A stretch of DNA of 39,042 nt from Catajapyx aquilonaris. Lineage: Eukaryota. The stretch spans positions 1-39,042 of the forward strand of contig JYFJ02003663.1 in assembly GCA_000934665.2 (NCBI GenBank), read 5' to 3'. The stretch's first letter is position 1. Each line of letters begins with the position of its first letter. The notes below the pieces were generated by a model. The model made no database searches. It was given only the letters and a program-made list of their open reading frames with translations, and was not told the DNA's origin. The position numbers and the translations under genes are program-made. This document shows positions 35,751 through 39,042 of the stretch, piece after piece.

Positions 35751-37285
35751 GACTGCCTGTGAAACGTGCAGAGTGGAAAAGTCCAAATAACTTCAAATCA
35801 CTTCCCTCCGTCCAATGCAATTTGTGTGCTCTCAATTCACCAAAGCTGCAGTTCGCTTAAAGTTGCAATAGTGTTTAATAGAGCAACCAAATATTATGAA
35901 TGCTACTCAGTTGCATATTAATATCCCCCATCTCAACAGCCAGGCTACCACAAACTGCACGAACATGAATAAATCATATGCAAACAAGCATAACACACGA
36001 AGCGCTTTGCAGTAACCTTGTTTAACTTACTAATGCTTCCCCCGCATGTGTCCTAGTAACGCAAGTGTAAATCCCAAGCGCGCCTGGTCATCCTGGCCAT
36101 CAGCCCACTCTGTCCACAGCATCACCATACACCAACTGAAAACTTTTTGGGGGAGTGAATCTGGTTTGGTTCACTTCCCATCTCTCGACGTACCTTCTGC
36201 TCAGATATATATGCGCCGACGCTTACTTGCACCCAGCTAAACCAACATGCGCGTCCTTTTTTTGTGTGCTAGACATTGCTAGTTGGGGGTCCGTTTTCGT
36301 TTGGTGGCAAACATGAGCCACAACATTAACTGGATAATGAAGTGTGATCAAAACTGCGAGCTGTGCTTGTCATCTCAACGGGTGATATATAGCTGTAGAT
36401 ATGACCTTTCCGCTACTTGACTGGAAAATCCTCCGTGGACTGCCAGATATTATTTTTGATAGCATCAAAACCATTTAAAGATTTTAGTAAACATATCATT
36501 GATTGTTGTGGTAGAGTATCCATTGAAACTGTGTTTATTGAAATCATTATAACTTTTTTAATCTAATGGGAAGGACGCATTTTTTTGTCGATTAAGACAA
36601 TATCATGGAGAAAGGCAATGGGGACACTGAAGTTTCGGAGAAATCCAACAGAAAGTACGGTAATAGGGTTTATAGTATCACTTCCCATATAATTATGTCA
36701 AAGTCTGCCCTCAATGTGACAATACTGGCGCAAAACAATCTTTCCTTGTAAAACGAACTGTAAATAAGTCAACAATTAATATCTAGACTCACTCTTCACA
36801 TATTATAGTCCAGGTGCTAAGGGACAAATTGCCCAAACTTTGCATTTTGTGATAAAAAGTATGAAACTCGGTACTCTCTTTATTTGGACACTTCTGAGCA
36901 TGTCTGGACGTGGGGCCACGATGCCCCACCCCGCTGGAGGTCAATTTAACAGTGTTGCCATATTGAACAGGTGTAATAACATACCTCTACATGAATAGGA
37001 CGATTGCATTCGGTTATAAAGACATGAAATTGGTCACCTTTGGTCTTTGGACACTTCTGAACATGTTCAGACGTGGAGCCACGATGGCTGACCCCGGTGT
37101 GGGTCAGTTTCACGGGGTTGCCAAACCCACTGCGCAACATAATTGCGTTTTTATTTCAATAGAGAGCTTGCATTCCGTGATAAAGCCACGATAAACTTGC
37201 CAAAATTGGTATTTGGACATTTCTGAATATATCTGGACGTGCGGTCACGATGAGCGACCCCGCTGGGGCTCCATATTCGAATATA

Positions 37286-37618
37286 GGGGAAGCGAAGTGA
37301 TGCTGCGGTAACGTACGCGCCCACGGATGTTAAGGTCCCGCCGTCCCGGGTTCGATTCCAACCCGGGGACACCCCCTTCATCTCGTGCAGAGTTCAGGGT
37401 CACCTCTGGCTTCGTCTCGGGTGGTATTTCCACAGACTAAACCACCCGGGGGAGTTCACTAAAAATGGCCACAGCGTCAGATGCACTGCACCTTGCGCTT
37501 CCCCTCCTGTCATCCTGCACGTGGGCCCAGGCGTTTCAAATGAATAGGCACCAAATGTACCTCAATAAATAAAGGTCCATGCGATATGCCCCCATGTGGG
37601 GGCGAAAGCACATTACCC

Positions 37619-37697
<79 letters not shown>
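37286..37697 (+). mobile_element. tRNA-derived SINE with (TTA)n tail
   Basis: Pol III B box GGTTCGATTCC at 37349-37359; degenerate A box near 37298; 3' stem-loop; (TTA)n tail; target-site duplication atattcgaatata (37273-37285) / atattcaaatata (37698-37710). Confidence 0.8.
37621..37697 (+). repeat. (TTA)n microsatellite (SINE tail)
   Basis: Direct reading, about 25 units. Confidence 0.95.
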
Positions 37698-38875
37698 ATA
37701 TTCAAATATAAACGCGTGTCTCACAGTCTGTTAATTATGGCAACCCCGCGATAGTGATCTCCAGCGGGGTGGGTCATCGCGGCCATCGTGGCTCCCGATC
37801 CAGATATGTGCAGAAGTGTCCAAAGAACTAATGTACCCAGTTTCACGTCTTTATCACCGAATCCAAGCTGCCCAATCAAATATAAACTCATGTTGCACCC
37901 GTTAGATCTGGCAACCCCGTGACTAACCCATAGCGGGGTCGGTCATCGTCGCCCCAATTGCAGACATGTTCAGGAGTGTCCAAAGGCCAATTATTGTGGC
38001 AAGTTTCATGTTTTTATCACCGACAGGTATTCTGCACCTGGTAGATGGGGCAACCCTGCAAAAGTGACCCCCGGCGGGGTGAGTCATCGTGGCCTCACGT
38101 CGAGATAAATGCTCAGAAGGGTCCAAAAAACAAGAGTACCGAGTTTCATACTTTCATCACAAAATGCAAAGTTAAAACCCTTAACACCCGGACTATTAGT
38201 GACTTTGATAATGAGCCAATTTCAGAACATCTTGAGTGATGTATTCTACTTACAGCATTTTCCAGCCCATTTTTAAAGAAGCTCGCGGTGCCCATTTGGA
38301 ATTCTACCCGCCAAAATATATGGAATGGATGACGGAAGCGGATAATTTACGCGATGAACTCTCCTACTCTAAGCCAGACGAAACACCTCCAGAAGGATCC
38401 AGGTGCCAAAATACAAATAATCCCTCTATTATTTAAATAAGATTACTTTCTAACGGCTGTCTCCAAATAAAACTAAGTGCGTATACTATTTTAGGTTGGG
38501 ATTTCTGGACCAAATAAGAGTGGGCTACCCATGCTCGCAAGCCAGCACCCAAACGGAAAAGAATTACGTTAAAGACATCAAACAGGCTGCAAAGATCATC
38601 AGTGCCTTGCATGCCGTATGCTCTCTTTCATTTTCTCTTCATACAATGTTATTGTGCAAAATCTACAGAGTCAGTACAGAGTATTCACAAATATTGCAAT
38701 GGCGGAGTGGAAATGCTTTTAAGAAATCCGTGACTTGTACTTTACAGGAGATCAAATCCGCGCGGAATCATTTTGATGAAATGATGGCCGCTCGAGGAGC
38801 CATGTTAAATTCATACGTGCAGGCTTCCATAGCCGGGCTGTAAGTATATATTCTCATGATCCCCCCTCAACTCAA

Positions 38876-39042
38876 TACAGGGTGATCAAACTTTTTTGTC
38901 GTTTTAGTTATTGACAAATTCAGCCTAAGCTGCTTATATTGTAGCCCGTTACCTGGCCACCCCGTCCGGCGGGCCAATTCGAACATCAGCCCATGGAGAG
39001 CGCTTCCATTGTTGCCACTGTTTACAAATCGAGTGAGTGACG
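38876..39042 (+). mobile_element. Possible left end of a Tc1/mariner-type MITE running off the window
   Basis: TA followed by CAGGGTG, a common Tc1/mariner TIR start. The complement CACCCTGTA occurs at 8837-8845 and 26186-26194. The partner end is not visible. Confidence 0.35.

Larger units (their letters stand above)
36805..38196. mobile_element. Foldback/MITE-like non-autonomous element with long inverted arms made of ~165-bp subrepeats
   Basis: The left end atagtccaggtgctaaggg...actttgcattttgtgataaaaagtatgaaactcggtactct matches the reverse complement of the right end agagtaccgagtttcatactttcatcacaaaatgcaaagt...cccttaacacccggactat. There are three tttggacacttctg...ccacgatg...acccc units per arm. 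Confidence 0.8.

Noticed and set aside
37286..37375. Functional tRNA gene
   Set aside because: B box is present but there is no clean cloverleaf; it continues into a body, tail and target-site duplication typical of a SINE.
37574..37612. Hammerhead ribozyme (stem followed by GAAA)
   Set aside because: The required CUGANGA core is absent (gcgatat instead) and no stem I or III with a cleavage triplet can be built.
36991..38126. Two short ORFs with similar peptides (GLWTLLNM...GATM.DP) on opposite strands
   Set aside because: By-product of the inverted DNA subrepeats; the frame is not shown to be kept in the other units.
36845..38170. CRISPR-like repeat/spacer array
   Set aside because: Eukaryotic context; units are long, diverged and inverted; no cas genes.
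38496..38843. 115-aa ORF near the right end
   Set aside because: Non-ATG start, no recognisable family and no clear exon structure.

Overview
Eukaryotic, intron-rich genomic DNA, arthropod-like by protein motifs and short GT-AG introns; the species cannot be fixed from sequence alone. Two convergent spliced genes can be assembled by hand with consistent intron phases. (1) + strand: an MRL-family adaptor (Mig-10/RIAM/lamellipodin, Drosophila pico-like) with RA and PH domains and a proline-rich tail; 11 core coding exons at 10805-26729, about 1039 aa. It also has candidate alternative first exons and cassette exons. (2) - strand: a secretin-family (class B1) GPCR with 8 confident exons at 30920-28757 and a likely first coding exon at 35750-35678, about 483 aa. 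Their 3' UTRs appear to meet at opposed AATAAA signals near 28289-28321. The right end holds a ~1.4 kb foldback-type inverted repeat with subrepeats, with a tRNA-type SINE and a 13-bp target-site duplication at its centre. The rest is intronic or intergenic, with microsatellites and decayed transposon ends. I found no convincing new biological system. The best leads are isoform switching of a putative talin-binding helix, the atypical GPCR ectodomain, the shared poly(A) region, possible stop readthrough and the nested foldback/SINE element.
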